DNA of 64,000 bases, taken from positions 1 to 64,000 of IMG/VR virus record IMGVR_UViG_3300042566_000510; one strand, given 5' to 3'. The first letter of the stretch is position 1; the number at the start of each line of letters is the position of its first letter. This document shows, piece after piece, positions 10,701-20,036 of the stretch. The stretch is from a virus. The notes beneath the pieces are model-generated. The model saw only the letters and a program-made list of their open reading frames with translations. It did no database searches and was not told the DNA's origin. The translations under genes and the position numbers were made by a program.

Positions 10701-11241
10701 TTCGTCAGCTCTGTCCGGCTACCTGACATCGGCGACAGCGGCCAGCACGTACCAAACCATCAGCGGGATGTCGTCGTACCTGACGACGTCCAGCGCGGCG
10801 TCTACGTACCAAACTCAGTCAGGCATGTCGTCGTACCTCACGACGTCGTCCGCCTCGAGTACGTACGCGCCGCTTGCGAGCCCATCGCTGACAACTCCAA
10901 CAATGTCCGGCGCCACCTTCAACGGCGGCTACACAGAGACACCATACGCAATTATTGATGCACCTGGTGTGCAGATTTCTCCAACCAACGGAAGTGTTCA
11001 GACATGGACCTTGGGCGCATCTCGTGTGCCGACCCTTGGTACATGGGCGGCGGGGCAATCCATGACGTTACACGTCAACGATACGGCCTCTGCTTACACC
11101 GTCGATTGGGCGACTTCCATGGGTGTGGTTTGGGTTGGCGGCTCTGCTCCAGCGCTGACACCCGGCGGCGGCTACACAGTCATCGGGCTTTGGAAGCTCG
11201 GCACGACCATCTATGGCGTGTGTCCCGGACAGGTAGCGTAA
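7750..11241 (+). CDS. Long tail fibre protein
   Basis: 1163 aa, Ser/Thr/Gly/Ala-rich, collagen-like GPQGP start, shaft repeats TTALGFTP and YQTQSGMSSYLTT, duplicated ~130 aa domain. Confidence 0.85.
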   Translation: MSDLVVVEEVGSTVVIQEIAAADTIEVVGPGPQGPSGTIAVGTVTTGAPGSQATVTNSGTSTSAVFDFTIPKGEAGDVAAGSLRYDITQSLNSTQKAQAQSNIGLDDIQVDVVFGSGRRIFGDFSNASLLSRVFVQTSTPNASTVFGLLPSGTAVNSQFHVWGNSDPTNSPLGALIINSTSVRLQSTAAGTGTVLPLEFFVGSSEAARFDAATRNLLIGSTVDDGVHKLQVNGSVSATQFSGSAAGLTGLKTINGNSILGTGDITISASAGVSSFNTRTGAITLGSSDVTTALGFTPYSAANPSGYISGITGSMVTTALGFTPYSAANPSNFISGITGSMVTTALGFTPATAAAGQPTGGTAGQVLSKIDGTDYNSTWIDNFATDIRVLVKNSTGATLAKGTVVYISGANGANIIVSKAQANAEFSSSKTFGILLQDLANNAIGYAVCEGALSGVDTSAAVEGDPVWLSPTTAGGLIFGLSNKPVAPNHMVYLGVVSRSNSNNGVIQVKIQNGYELDELHDVLITSAATNHFLVRASDGLWKNRALGSSDITTALGFTPYNATNPSNYIDTAGARAAISVTGYATYDSSTGVINVIGGGGEGGGVLSVNGYTGIVTLTKSDIGLSNVDNKSSATIRGEITSGNVTTALGFTPANAASLATVATTGAYSDLTGKPTLFSGAYADLTGKPTALSAFTNDTNFITTAGARSAVSASGSLSYDSGTGVFSYTAPTTVSSFTNDSGYITSSALSPYLTSASAASTYQTQAGMSSYLTTADASTTYQTQSGMSSYLTTAAAAAAYLALSGGALTGNLTFATGTRITGDFTNATPSSRVMVQTSTANSATYFGLLPNGTAINTQFHIFGSSDPANAPYGAFTINATAVQVASTASGTGTVLPYRVIVGSTEVFRATTGANFLIGTTTDNGTDKLQVNGSVSATSFSGAGTGLTGTAASLSIGGSAGSVAWANVTDRPTALSSFTNDSGYITSSALSGYLTSATAASTYQTISGMSSYLTTSSAASTYQTQSGMSSYLTTSSASSTYAPLASPSLTTPTMSGATFNGGYTETPYAIIDAPGVQISPTNGSVQTWTLGASRVPTLGTWAAGQSMTLHVNDTASAYTVDWATSMGVVWVGGSAPALTPGGGYTVIGLWKLGTTIYGVCPGQVA

Positions 11242-12515
11242 TGCTGTTTCATAAACTATTCAAGCCCGCAGACGCAGCCCCAGCGGGGATTCAACTTGTC
11301 GGCGCTAAAACTGCATCTGGGTTCACTAGCGCGGCAAGTAGTGTTTCTCTGACTGACTTAACTGGTGGAATAGCTTCTGCTCCCGCAGTCGGGGATTTAG
11401 TGGCTGTTTATTTAGGCACAGGTGGATCAAGTAACCCAACCCCTGCTGTTACTACAGGATATACAACTATTGCGGACTTGTATGCTTCTGATACATACGA
11501 TGACAACTTGTTTGTTGCATATAAGATTTTGACAGCTGCGGACACAACGGTGACGCTTGACGGAAACACTGCTAGAGCAAGCGGGTCTTGGACTGCATAT
11601 ATTTCAGTATGGCGTAATGTTGATGCAACATACCCCTTTGATGTTGCCCCTCAAACAAATACTATTATTAATACTATTTATGCTAATCCGCCAGCTATTA
11701 CGCCCATCACTACAGGCAGTTATATTATTGCAGGAGGATCAGGGGCGCACGCTGAAAGCCAACGAACTTACAGTTCTTCTAACTTAACAGGTTTTAGATC
11801 TGTTGGCATTAACGCATCAACAACCGATTCAACAATTGGCGGTGGGTACGAAGCTTGGGTAAGTGGGGCATTTGACCCTGCGGCATTTACGTTTAGTGGT
11901 GGAACAAGTACAAGTTATTCCACAGCCTCTGCAACATTGGCATTAAGACCGACAGGTAAAACACTTCCAAGTTTTATAACATCAAGCGGTGTTTATTTTG
12001 TAGGTAATTCTGGTACTATTACTGTCCCTGCGCATCAAGCTGGGGATTTAATAGTTTTTGTAAACAGCATTACAGGCTCTACAACAGCACCATCCCTTAC
12101 TAGCGGATTTACAAATATTACAACATTTAACAACATTGGGTCAGGTTGGTCAAGAGCAGCAAGAGCGCAGTATATATTTAGTGATGGAACAATCACTAGC
12201 TTATCTTGTGCAACAAACGGAAGCATTGCAATTTTTAGAAATGCAACAACTGTTACCAATGCTAAAACTGTAAGCACCGCCGCTGCCTCTGGTGTTACAT
12301 CGGTGTCAGTTTCATCTAATGCGCCAACAGTTGCAGGGGCAATTTATATTCTTGCTGGCTATGCTGGTACGCTTCTTTCTAGTACCACGGGGCTAACGGA
12401 AGCGGTTGAATTTGGCGGTTACTCTAGAGTTGGCGCAACTTACTCTGTAGTGAGTGGAACTTTATCTATGAGTGGAAACGTAGCGCCTTGTTACTTTGGC
12501 GTTGAAATTTACTAA
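11241..12515 (+). CDS. Receptor-binding/fibre-tip-like beta protein on a low-GC segment
   Basis: ATG overlaps the fibre stop (TAATG); beta-rich Ser/Thr/Gly protein; codons mostly A/T-ending, unlike flanks. Confidence 0.7.
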   Translation: MLFHKLFKPADAAPAGIQLVGAKTASGFTSAASSVSLTDLTGGIASAPAVGDLVAVYLGTGGSSNPTPAVTTGYTTIADLYASDTYDDNLFVAYKILTAADTTVTLDGNTARASGSWTAYISVWRNVDATYPFDVAPQTNTIINTIYANPPAITPITTGSYIIAGGSGAHAESQRTYSSSNLTGFRSVGINASTTDSTIGGGYEAWVSGAFDPAAFTFSGGTSTSYSTASATLALRPTGKTLPSFITSSGVYFVGNSGTITVPAHQAGDLIVFVNSITGSTTAPSLTSGFTNITTFNNIGSGWSRAARAQYIFSDGTITSLSCATNGSIAIFRNATTVTNAKTVSTAAASGVTSVSVSSNAPTVAGAIYILAGYAGTLLSSTTGLTEAVEFGGYSRVGATYSVVSGTLSMSGNVAPCYFGVEIY

Positions 12516-12524
12516 AGGACATTC

Positions 12525-12944
12525 ATGTATATCAAAATCAACGAAGACGGAACGCAAACGTACCCATACTCGTTTTTGCAACTCAGGGAAGCCAACCGTG
12601 GGGTGTCTTACCCAGCAGCTCCAACCGAGGCGGCTCTCGCCTCGTATGGCTTGTACCCTGTGACGGAAACGCAGCCTCAATACGATCAAGCAACTCACCG
12701 CGTTGAAGAAGCGCATCCGGTGCTGGTCGATGGTGTGTGGACGCAGGCTTGGGATGTCATTCCGTTGACCGAAGAAGAGCTCGCTCAGCGTGAAGCCAAG
12801 CGTATTCTTCAAGCCGAGGGTGAGCGTGCATACGCCTACCGCACCGAATCTGACCCGCTGTTCTTCAAGTGGCAGCGCGGCGAAGCAACCCAACAAGAGT
12901 GGCTCGACAAGGTAGCCGAGATCAAAGCCCGTCACCCCGCATAA
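12525..12944 (+). CDS. Tail-fibre-associated/chaperone-like protein
   Basis: AAGGA RBS; YPYS..QLR..N..VS.P N-terminus and R..AY..ESDPLFFKWQRGE..W..I..RHP C-terminus typical after fibres. Confidence 0.7.
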   Translation: MYIKINEDGTQTYPYSFLQLREANRGVSYPAAPTEAALASYGLYPVTETQPQYDQATHRVEEAHPVLVDGVWTQAWDVIPLTEEELAQREAKRILQAEGERAYAYRTESDPLFFKWQRGEATQQEWLDKVAEIKARHPA

Positions 12945-12959
12945 GCCAACGAGGACACC

Positions 12960-13286
12960 GTGCCGACCGCCTACACCTGGCAGTTCACTGCACTTGATGT
13001 TTACCCCACCTTTGAGACCGTCACCAACGCCGTGGAAAGCATGCACTGGCAGCTCACGGCTGACGATGGCCTTGGCCACCAGGCAAGCGCCTACGGCGAG
13101 ACGAAGGCTGGGCCTGTTGATCTTGGCAGCTTCATCCCGTTCGATGAGCTCACCCTCGAGGTGGTGCAAGGCTGGTGCGAAGCGCAGATGGGCAGCGAGG
13201 CTGACGAGGTCAAGGCTTCGCTTGTTGGTCAGATTGACGAGCAGATCACCCCGGTGGCTCAGACCATGGTCGCGCCCTGGCTTTAG
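12960..13286 (+). CDS. Conserved tail-associated hypothetical protein
   Basis: GAGG RBS, GTG start; YTW..HW..FIPFD.LT..V.GW..PW family. Confidence 0.7.
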   Translation: MPTAYTWQFTALDVYPTFETVTNAVESMHWQLTADDGLGHQASAYGETKAGPVDLGSFIPFDELTLEVVQGWCEAQMGSEADEVKASLVGQIDEQITPVAQTMVAPWL

Positions 13287-13300
13287 GCTTGAACAGCATG

Positions 13301-13338
13301 CAACAAACTGTTGCGCTCCAACAGAAAATGGTTACAAT
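13301..13338 (+). promoter_or_regulatory. Sigma70-like promoter with overlapping operator
   Basis: CAACAAACTGTTG (13301-13313) overlaps TTGCGC; TACAAT lies 16 nt further on. Confidence 0.55.
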
Positions 13339-13384
13339 CAATGGCCTTTTTCTGTGAGGTCCATCAACTTTTCCGGAGCACATC

Positions 13385-13576
13385 ATGTCCCTTCAAATCA
13401 CCCTCGAACCCCAAGAAGTCAACCTCGTTCTCGGAGCTCTCAGCGAAGTGCCGCTGAAGACCTCGCTTGACACCTGGTTCAAAATCAAGTCTCAAGCCGA
13501 GCAGCAGTTCGCAGCTCAGCAAAACGCCGCAGCCTCAGAAGCAGCGGGCGAAGCTCCTGCAACGCAAGGCGAGTAA
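13385..13576 (+). CDS. Small hypothetical protein
   Basis: GGAG RBS; E.N.VL.AL..P..I..QA family; flanked by its own promoter and terminator. Confidence 0.75.
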   Translation: MSLQITLEPQEVNLVLGALSEVPLKTSLDTWFKIKSQAEQQFAAQQNAAASEAAGEAPATQGE

Positions 13577-13596
13577 CACCCAGCAAGATCACAAAT

Positions 13597-13630
13597 CGCC
13601 CTCCCACTGTGGAGGGCGTTTTGTTTGTTT
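13597..13630 (+). terminator. Intrinsic terminator
   Basis: CGCCCTCC/GGAGGGCG stem followed by TTTTGTTTGTTT. Confidence 0.7.
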
Positions 13631-13645
13631 GACAGAAGTAGCAGC

Positions 13646-14812
13646 ATGAAAATTGACGAGAACCTGAAGCAATTTGCCACCGAGATTCAGGCCGAATACA
13701 TCGACGCAGCCATCAAGTACGGTAGTTTCCGCAAGGCAGCTCGTCAGCTAAACGTCAACCACAAGACCATTCACCGAGCAGTCATCGCCGTCACCAAGAA
13801 GGCGCAGATCCAGGGCTACTCACCCGACCACGACTTCACCCGCCCTGTGCCAGACATGTTCATGGCCAAGGGCGTGTCGACCTACTACAACAAGGATGGC
13901 AAGCCAACAGCCCAGTGGGTCAAGGCAAGTATCAACGACGAGAAGCGCTTCGAGGCCATGAAGGCCGCTGTCGAGGCGTTGTGCGATGAGGTGCCGCGTG
14001 TCGAGCCCATCAAGGCGCCAAAGATCAATGACAGCGCTCTGGCCACCGTCTACACCCTGACCGACTCGCACGTCGGCATGCTGGCCTGGCACCGAGAGGC
14101 TGGCGAGGACTGGGATCTCGAGATTGCCGAACGCGTGCTCACCGGATGCTTCCAGGCCATGGTGGACGCATCGCCTGCCGCGGCTACCGGCGTTGTCAAC
14201 CAGCTCGGCGACTTCCTGCACAGCGATGGCCTGTCGCCAGTGACGCCAACATCTGGGCACATCCTCGATCAGGATGGCCGCTTCAGCAAGGTCGTCGAGG
14301 TCGCTGTGCGCATTCTGCGCTCGGTGGTCTCCATGGCCTTGGCCAAGCACAACAAGGTCATCGTGATCATGGCTGAGGGCAACCACGACATGGCCTCAAG
14401 CGTCTGGCTGCGCGTGCTGTTCAAGACGCTGTTTGAGAACGAGCCTCGCGTGACGGTGATCGACACGCCTCTGCCCTACTACTGCATCCAGCATGGCAAG
14501 ACCATGCTCGGGTTCCACCATGGGCACCTCAAGAAGAACGACCAGCTCCCAATCCTTTTCGCCTCGCAGTTCCCCAAGGTCTGGGGCGAGACGGTCAAGC
14601 GCTACTGCCACACCGGGCACCGCCACCACACCGAAGAAAAAGAGCATTCCGGCATCACCGTGATTCAACACCCGACGCTCGCCGCTCGCGATGCCTATGC
14701 AGCGCGTGGAGGCTGGGTTGCTGAGCGCCAAGTCACCAGCATCACGTACCACATGGACTATGGCCAAGTGGCGCGTCACACCGTTACACCCGAAATGCTC
14801 GGCAGCATCTAA
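13646..14812 (+). CDS. N-terminal HTH plus calcineurin-like metallophosphoesterase
   Basis: Motifs DSH, GDFLH, GNHD, HHGH, GHRH in order; N-terminal YGSFRKAARQLNV HTH. Confidence 0.8.
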   Translation: MKIDENLKQFATEIQAEYIDAAIKYGSFRKAARQLNVNHKTIHRAVIAVTKKAQIQGYSPDHDFTRPVPDMFMAKGVSTYYNKDGKPTAQWVKASINDEKRFEAMKAAVEALCDEVPRVEPIKAPKINDSALATVYTLTDSHVGMLAWHREAGEDWDLEIAERVLTGCFQAMVDASPAAATGVVNQLGDFLHSDGLSPVTPTSGHILDQDGRFSKVVEVAVRILRSVVSMALAKHNKVIVIMAEGNHDMASSVWLRVLFKTLFENEPRVTVIDTPLPYYCIQHGKTMLGFHHGHLKKNDQLPILFASQFPKVWGETVKRYCHTGHRHHTEEKEHSGITVIQHPTLAARDAYAARGGWVAERQVTSITYHMDYGQVARHTVTPEMLGSI

Positions 14813-14824
14813 ACAGGTACATCG

Positions 14825-17539
14825 ATGACTCTTCTCTCCGTCAAAGCATTCAACGGCCTCAAGCCCATCGTCAAGCCTCGCCTGCTTGGGCCTGGTGACG
14901 CGCAGGTTGCGCAGAACGCGCGGCTGATCTCCGGCTCACTTGAGGCCATGCGCGCGTCGACTACGCTCAAGGCAGCCGCAACTGGCACGCCCAAAACCAT
15001 CTTCAAGTACGGCGACGCTTCGAGCGAGACCAACTACTGGCTCGAGTTCACCAATGACACTGACGTCATGCGCTCGCCGATCCCCAACGATCAGTGGGAT
15101 CGCCTGTACTGGACCGACGGCATCGGACTGCCCCGCTACGCTCCGAACTCCATGATCTTGAGCTCGCAGCCATACCCCGGAGCCTCATACCAGCTCGGCT
15201 TACCTGCGCCCAACAAGCCAACAATCGGCTCCTTCTCCGCTGTTCCGGTCTACACGCCTGTCACCCGCGAGTACGTGCTGACCTTCTACAACCCAACCTC
15301 GACCAAAGAGTCTGCACCAAGCTCCGTGTTCACGGTTCAGGCTGTCGACGGGCAGAAGACTGCCGTATCCAACCTCACCACGAACAACCAAGGCGACGCC
15401 GGCATCACCAAGAAGCGCCTGTACCGAAAGGTCAGTGGCACCTACCGTCGCGTGACTGAGCTTGACCTTTCCGTGACGACCTACGACGACACGGCAACCG
15501 ACGCATCGCTGGCATCGGCAGCGACTCTTTCATTGGCAGTTGGCTCTGCGCCAGCCGCACCAGGCAGGGCTCCGACCGTTACGACCTCGACCGTGACGCC
15601 AACGGCTGCCGGCATTTCGCGCAGCTACATCTACACCATCAAGAACGTCGCTGTTGGCATGACCGGTGGTGATGGTGGTCAGTACACCGAGTACTTTGCC
15701 GAATCCGCAGCGAGTGCGGTTTACACGGTCACAGCGGACACCACTCAGACCGTGACCATCAGCGGCATGAGTAACACCCTGGGAGGCAGTCACTTCCGCG
15801 TGTATCGCAAAGACGCGGGTAGCTCGTCGTACCAGTTTGTCGCAGAAGTTCCGGTTGCTCAGACGTCCGTGGCCGACGTGATCGCAGCAACAACGCTTGG
15901 TGGCGTCTACAGCCCAGACGGCGCGTGGAACTTCTCCCCAAGCGTTGCTCCAACTGGAAGCGTGAACTCTTCGACCGCCAAGTCCACCGTGTCCCGCGTG
16001 TACATGGCGACATACCTAGACGCGTCAGGCAATGAAAGTACGAGGAGCCCAGTGAGCTCCGTGATCAGCGCCGTTGACGGTCAGACCTCGGTGACCATCA
16101 CCCAGAGCGAGACAGTGCCAGCCGGTGTCGCCAAGAAGCGCATCTACCGCCAGACTGTGACCGTAACTAACGGCGTGATTAGCGTGAGCGATGCAAACTG
16201 GAAGCTCGTCATTGAAGTGCCGGCAACCACAACATCCGGCGTCGAGGCTTTGGCTGACGTGTCTCTTGGTGCCGCATACCCAACCGCGCTGCGCGATTTG
16301 CCTGTAGCACCCAATGCAACCCCGACGCTCAACGCCACCATCCCAACGGCGCCAGTTCCAGAGACGCGCACGTACGTCATTACATACGTCTCGGCATACG
16401 GCGAAGAAGGCCCGCCATCGGATGCATCTGACCTAGCGACCATTGATCCCACGAAGAGCGTTACCGTCGACCTCGCTGGATCTCCCACGGGCAGCTACAA
16501 CGTCACCCTCAAGCGCATCTACCGCTCATCCACTGTCGGCAACCAGGCTCAGTTCCAGTTCGTCGCTGAAGTTCCTCTGGCTACGAGCTCGTACGTGGAT
16601 GAGGTTGACCAGGCCGATCTCGGTGAAGTGCTGCCAAGCGAAGGCTGGGTTGCTCCTCCCGCGGATCTCAAGGGCTTGCGCATGCTGGCCAACGGAGCCG
16701 CTGTCGGCTTCTCTGGTCGCACCGTGTACCTGTCAGAGCCCAACATGCCGCACGCTTGGCCGCACAAGTACACGATCGACTTTGACATCGTCGGCATCGC
16801 CGTCTTTGGCCAGACCGTCGCTGTGCTGACCAATGCGTACCCGTTCCTGCTGCAAGGCGCTGACCCTGCTGCAATGACGCCGACCAAGCTCGAGTTCCCG
16901 CAGGCGTGCGTATCAAAGCGCTCGATTGTTGAGACCGGAGACGGCGTGCTGTACGCATCCCCTGATGGCTACGTATCAATCGGCTCAGGCGTCGGGTTGA
17001 TAACCGCAACCCTGCTATCTCGCGACGGCTGGCAGGCATACGTGCCATCCTCGATGGAATGCTACCTGTACAACGGCCGCATTCATGTCATGTACAACAC
17101 CGGCTCCGTGCGCGGCTGCCTCGTCATTGACCCAACCGGTCAAGGCGCGGTCATGACCACGATGGACATCAACGCCGCCACCGCTGTGAATGCTGGCTAC
17201 TACGATCCAGCGCGAGACATCCTGTACCTCGCTCAAGGCGGAAACATCGTGCGCGTTGACCAAGGCTCGGCGCTCACCGCAACCTGGCGCAGCAGGCTCT
17301 ACCGCCTGCCATGGCAGCAGAACATGTCCGTCGCGCAGGTTCGCGCTGCAAGCTACCCAGTGACACTTCGCATCTACGCTGACGGCGTGCTCAAGACGAC
17401 AAAGACTGTCACCAGCGCAGAGCACTTCCCACTGGCTGGCGGCTTCCGCGCGCTTGACTGGGAGTTTGAAATCGACACCACCACCGAAGTTTCGGAGGTG
17501 AATATCGCCACCAGCGTTGCCGAGTTGAAAGCCGTATGA
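14825..17539 (+). CDS. Tail tubular protein B / nozzle-like virion protein with repeated Ig-like modules
   Basis: F.G..P..PRLL..AQ.AQN start; SEP..PHAWP, CVSKRS and YASPDG motifs. Confidence 0.75.
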   Translation: MTLLSVKAFNGLKPIVKPRLLGPGDAQVAQNARLISGSLEAMRASTTLKAAATGTPKTIFKYGDASSETNYWLEFTNDTDVMRSPIPNDQWDRLYWTDGIGLPRYAPNSMILSSQPYPGASYQLGLPAPNKPTIGSFSAVPVYTPVTREYVLTFYNPTSTKESAPSSVFTVQAVDGQKTAVSNLTTNNQGDAGITKKRLYRKVSGTYRRVTELDLSVTTYDDTATDASLASAATLSLAVGSAPAAPGRAPTVTTSTVTPTAAGISRSYIYTIKNVAVGMTGGDGGQYTEYFAESAASAVYTVTADTTQTVTISGMSNTLGGSHFRVYRKDAGSSSYQFVAEVPVAQTSVADVIAATTLGGVYSPDGAWNFSPSVAPTGSVNSSTAKSTVSRVYMATYLDASGNESTRSPVSSVISAVDGQTSVTITQSETVPAGVAKKRIYRQTVTVTNGVISVSDANWKLVIEVPATTTSGVEALADVSLGAAYPTALRDLPVAPNATPTLNATIPTAPVPETRTYVITYVSAYGEEGPPSDASDLATIDPTKSVTVDLAGSPTGSYNVTLKRIYRSSTVGNQAQFQFVAEVPLATSSYVDEVDQADLGEVLPSEGWVAPPADLKGLRMLANGAAVGFSGRTVYLSEPNMPHAWPHKYTIDFDIVGIAVFGQTVAVLTNAYPFLLQGADPAAMTPTKLEFPQACVSKRSIVETGDGVLYASPDGYVSIGSGVGLITATLLSRDGWQAYVPSSMECYLYNGRIHVMYNTGSVRGCLVIDPTGQGAVMTTMDINAATAVNAGYYDPARDILYLAQGGNIVRVDQGSALTATWRSRLYRLPWQQNMSVAQVRAASYPVTLRIYADGVLKTTKTVTSAEHFPLAGGFRALDWEFEIDTTTEVSEVNIATSVAELKAV

Positions 17540-19626
17540 TCCGCGAAACCCTTGTCCCATCCATCCCAGACATCCGCGACGACAACGTCAAGGATGTGCT
17601 GCGCGCCATCAAGAGCACGCTCGACGTGCGCGAGGGCAACATCGGTGACCCGCTTGACCAAGTTGTCACCATGCGAGAGCTCAGCGCTCTCAACCTGGTA
17701 GACAAGTCCAGCACCAGCACCACTTCGTACGGCGCGACCCTTCCTGTTGGCCCCGTCATTCCAGCGCCAACCGGCGGGTACAACCCGGCCACCGACTACA
17801 CGATTCCACCAGCTCCGACAAACCTGCGCGCAAGGGGTGGCTTCACCAACGTCTACCTCGAATGGGACGGGGCGCCAATCAAGAACCTCGCGTACACCGA
17901 GATCTGGCGCTCGGCAGCCGACAGCCTTGGCACGGCAGTCATGGTTGGAACCACGGCGGCCAACGTCTACGCCGACGCGGCCGCGCCAGATACGGAGTAC
18001 TTCTACTGGGTTCGCTTTGTATCTGAGGCCAACGTCACCGGCCCGTACAACGGCACCTCTGGCACACGCGCCCGTACGGCCATGGACGTCTCGGCGGCCA
18101 TCTCCGCGATTTCAGATGAGATCATAAACAGTCAGCTCTACGCCGATCTTGGTTCACGCATCTCGGCCACCGAGACCGGTATCAAGACCCTGACCGACAT
18201 CACTGCCACGAGCGCAAAGAGCGTCAGCACCCTAGCCAGCGTGGTCAACGGTCACTCGGCGGCCATTGAGGTGGCGCAGTCGTCGGTCGACGGCTTGCGT
18301 GCTCAGTACTCAGTCAAGATCGACAACAACGGGCACGTTTCAGGCTTCGGCTTGTCATCGACCATCACCAACGGCAAGCCCATGTCCGCGTTCATTGTGC
18401 GCGCAGACCGGTTCGCCATTGTGGGCGCAAACAGCACGACAGATCCGCTGGGCACACTTACACCAAGCAAGGTGCCTTTCATAGTACTGACAACACCGAC
18501 AGTCATTGGCGGCAAAACTTACCCTGCTGGCACCTGGATCGACACAGCATTCATTGCCAACGCCACGATTGCCAACGCGCAGATCTCCGACCTGACTGCC
18601 GACAAGATCACCACCGGCAGCTTGACGGCCTCAATTGGCATTACCACCGGTAAGATCACCGGCGGCGTCAATACAGCCTACGCTTTCGGCTCGAGCAACT
18701 TCGGCACGGGCTTCTACCTCGGCTCGGACAGCGGCGTCTACAAGTTTCGCGTTGGCTCGTACGCAAAGAACATGACGTGGGATGGGACTAACCTGTCTGT
18801 CACTGGTACTGTCTCAGCCACCGGAGCCACGTTCCAAGGCTTAACCATCACGGACGCCAGCGGTAACGTGCTGCTCTCGTCGGGCGGTGGAGTGAACGGT
18901 GCATACGTGTCTGGTCTCGGTGCGTTTGCTGGTCTTGATGAGATCACCTCTACAAACATCAGCACGTACATTGCCGACGGCGCAATCGGAAACGCCCACA
19001 TCGGTAACTTCATCTCGTCGACGAACTTCAACGGCGTCATCAATAGCAGCGGGCTCATCACCAGTAACGGCACCACAGGCTGGGCGATTGGTAAGGCTGG
19101 AAATGCCGTGTTCCAATCCATCTATGCTCGCGGAGATATCCAGGCCAGCAGCTTAAACGCAGCAACCGGAACCTTTAGTGGCACGCTCACCTCGTCTGCA
19201 ATTAACGCGGTGAACACAATCAACGTGGCCGGCAACGCAGTTACTGCCATGTACTACGCCGCAGGCGGTTCTGGAACATTGGCTGCGAACGAGCAACTCA
19301 AGCTTATTACCTCAGTAAGCATCAGCATGCCGACTGGATCGAGTGGCGTTGTGATCAATGCGTTCGTGAACATGAGCGGTTACTACTCTGGCACAACGGT
19401 CTACATTGAAATCAAGCGCAACGACGGGACTCAACTCAGAGGCGTTGGCGTTTCCTTGGTGTCTGGCTTCTATTCGTCATTTGCTATCACGGCATTTGAC
19501 CCGTACCCAACATCCACATACCCAACGTACGCCATGTATATCAGTAATCCGACCACCGGCCCTGGATCCAACTCTCCAGCGGACTACAGCGATCCATCCA
19601 TCCAAGCAACAGGCGGTAAGCGATGA
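17536..19626 (+). CDS. Tail fibre/spike protein with FN3-like and DUF1983 (TipJ-like) regions
   Basis: YTEIWRS..YYW-type FN3 segment; QYSVKIDNNGHVSGFGL..F.VRADRFAI; I.NA.I repeats. Confidence 0.75.
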   Translation: MIRETLVPSIPDIRDDNVKDVLRAIKSTLDVREGNIGDPLDQVVTMRELSALNLVDKSSTSTTSYGATLPVGPVIPAPTGGYNPATDYTIPPAPTNLRARGGFTNVYLEWDGAPIKNLAYTEIWRSAADSLGTAVMVGTTAANVYADAAAPDTEYFYWVRFVSEANVTGPYNGTSGTRARTAMDVSAAISAISDEIINSQLYADLGSRISATETGIKTLTDITATSAKSVSTLASVVNGHSAAIEVAQSSVDGLRAQYSVKIDNNGHVSGFGLSSTITNGKPMSAFIVRADRFAIVGANSTTDPLGTLTPSKVPFIVLTTPTVIGGKTYPAGTWIDTAFIANATIANAQISDLTADKITTGSLTASIGITTGKITGGVNTAYAFGSSNFGTGFYLGSDSGVYKFRVGSYAKNMTWDGTNLSVTGTVSATGATFQGLTITDASGNVLLSSGGGVNGAYVSGLGAFAGLDEITSTNISTYIADGAIGNAHIGNFISSTNFNGVINSSGLITSNGTTGWAIGKAGNAVFQSIYARGDIQASSLNAATGTFSGTLTSSAINAVNTINVAGNAVTAMYYAAGGSGTLAANEQLKLITSVSISMPTGSSGVVINAFVNMSGYYSGTTVYIEIKRNDGTQLRGVGVSLVSGFYSSFAITAFDPYPTSTYPTYAMYISNPTTGPGSNSPADYSDPSIQATGGKR

Positions 19627-19931
19627 TTCATTACATCCTAAAAAACCCAGACGGCAGCGTGTTTCAACGCGGCGTATGCGGCGGCGAGAATGAGATCCCT
19701 CAGATTAATGGGCTAACCCCGGAAGTGATCGAGATGAGCGATCTGCGTCATCCATCAACGCAAGTGCGCGAGCCGACCTACGTCGACTACCGAGCGCTCG
19801 CTTACCCATCCATCGGTTCTCAAATCGACGCCCTTTGGCACGCCATGGACGACGGCTTACTACCCAAAATTGAGCCAATGTACAGCGACATCAAGGCAGT
19901 CAAAGAGAAGTACCCCAAGCCAACGGCATAA
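19623..19931 (+). CDS. Tail-fibre-associated small protein
   Basis: R..AYPSIG.Q.DALWH..IKAVKEKYPKP motif; coupled start. Confidence 0.7.
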   Translation: MIHYILKNPDGSVFQRGVCGGENEIPQINGLTPEVIEMSDLRHPSTQVREPTYVDYRALAYPSIGSQIDALWHAMDDGLLPKIEPMYSDIKAVKEKYPKPTA

Positions 19932-20036
19932 CATTTAGTTGACGAGTCAGCGATAAGGCACGCACTCGTGTGCGCGTATATCACGACATCAAAAAAATGT
20001 CAACAAAATGTTGGTTTTCGGGTAAAATCGCACGCT

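Noticed and set aside
7750-12515. Diversity-generating retroelement acting on the tail fibre
   Set aside because: There is no reverse transcriptase in the window, and the duplicated segments differ at all base types rather than only at adenines.
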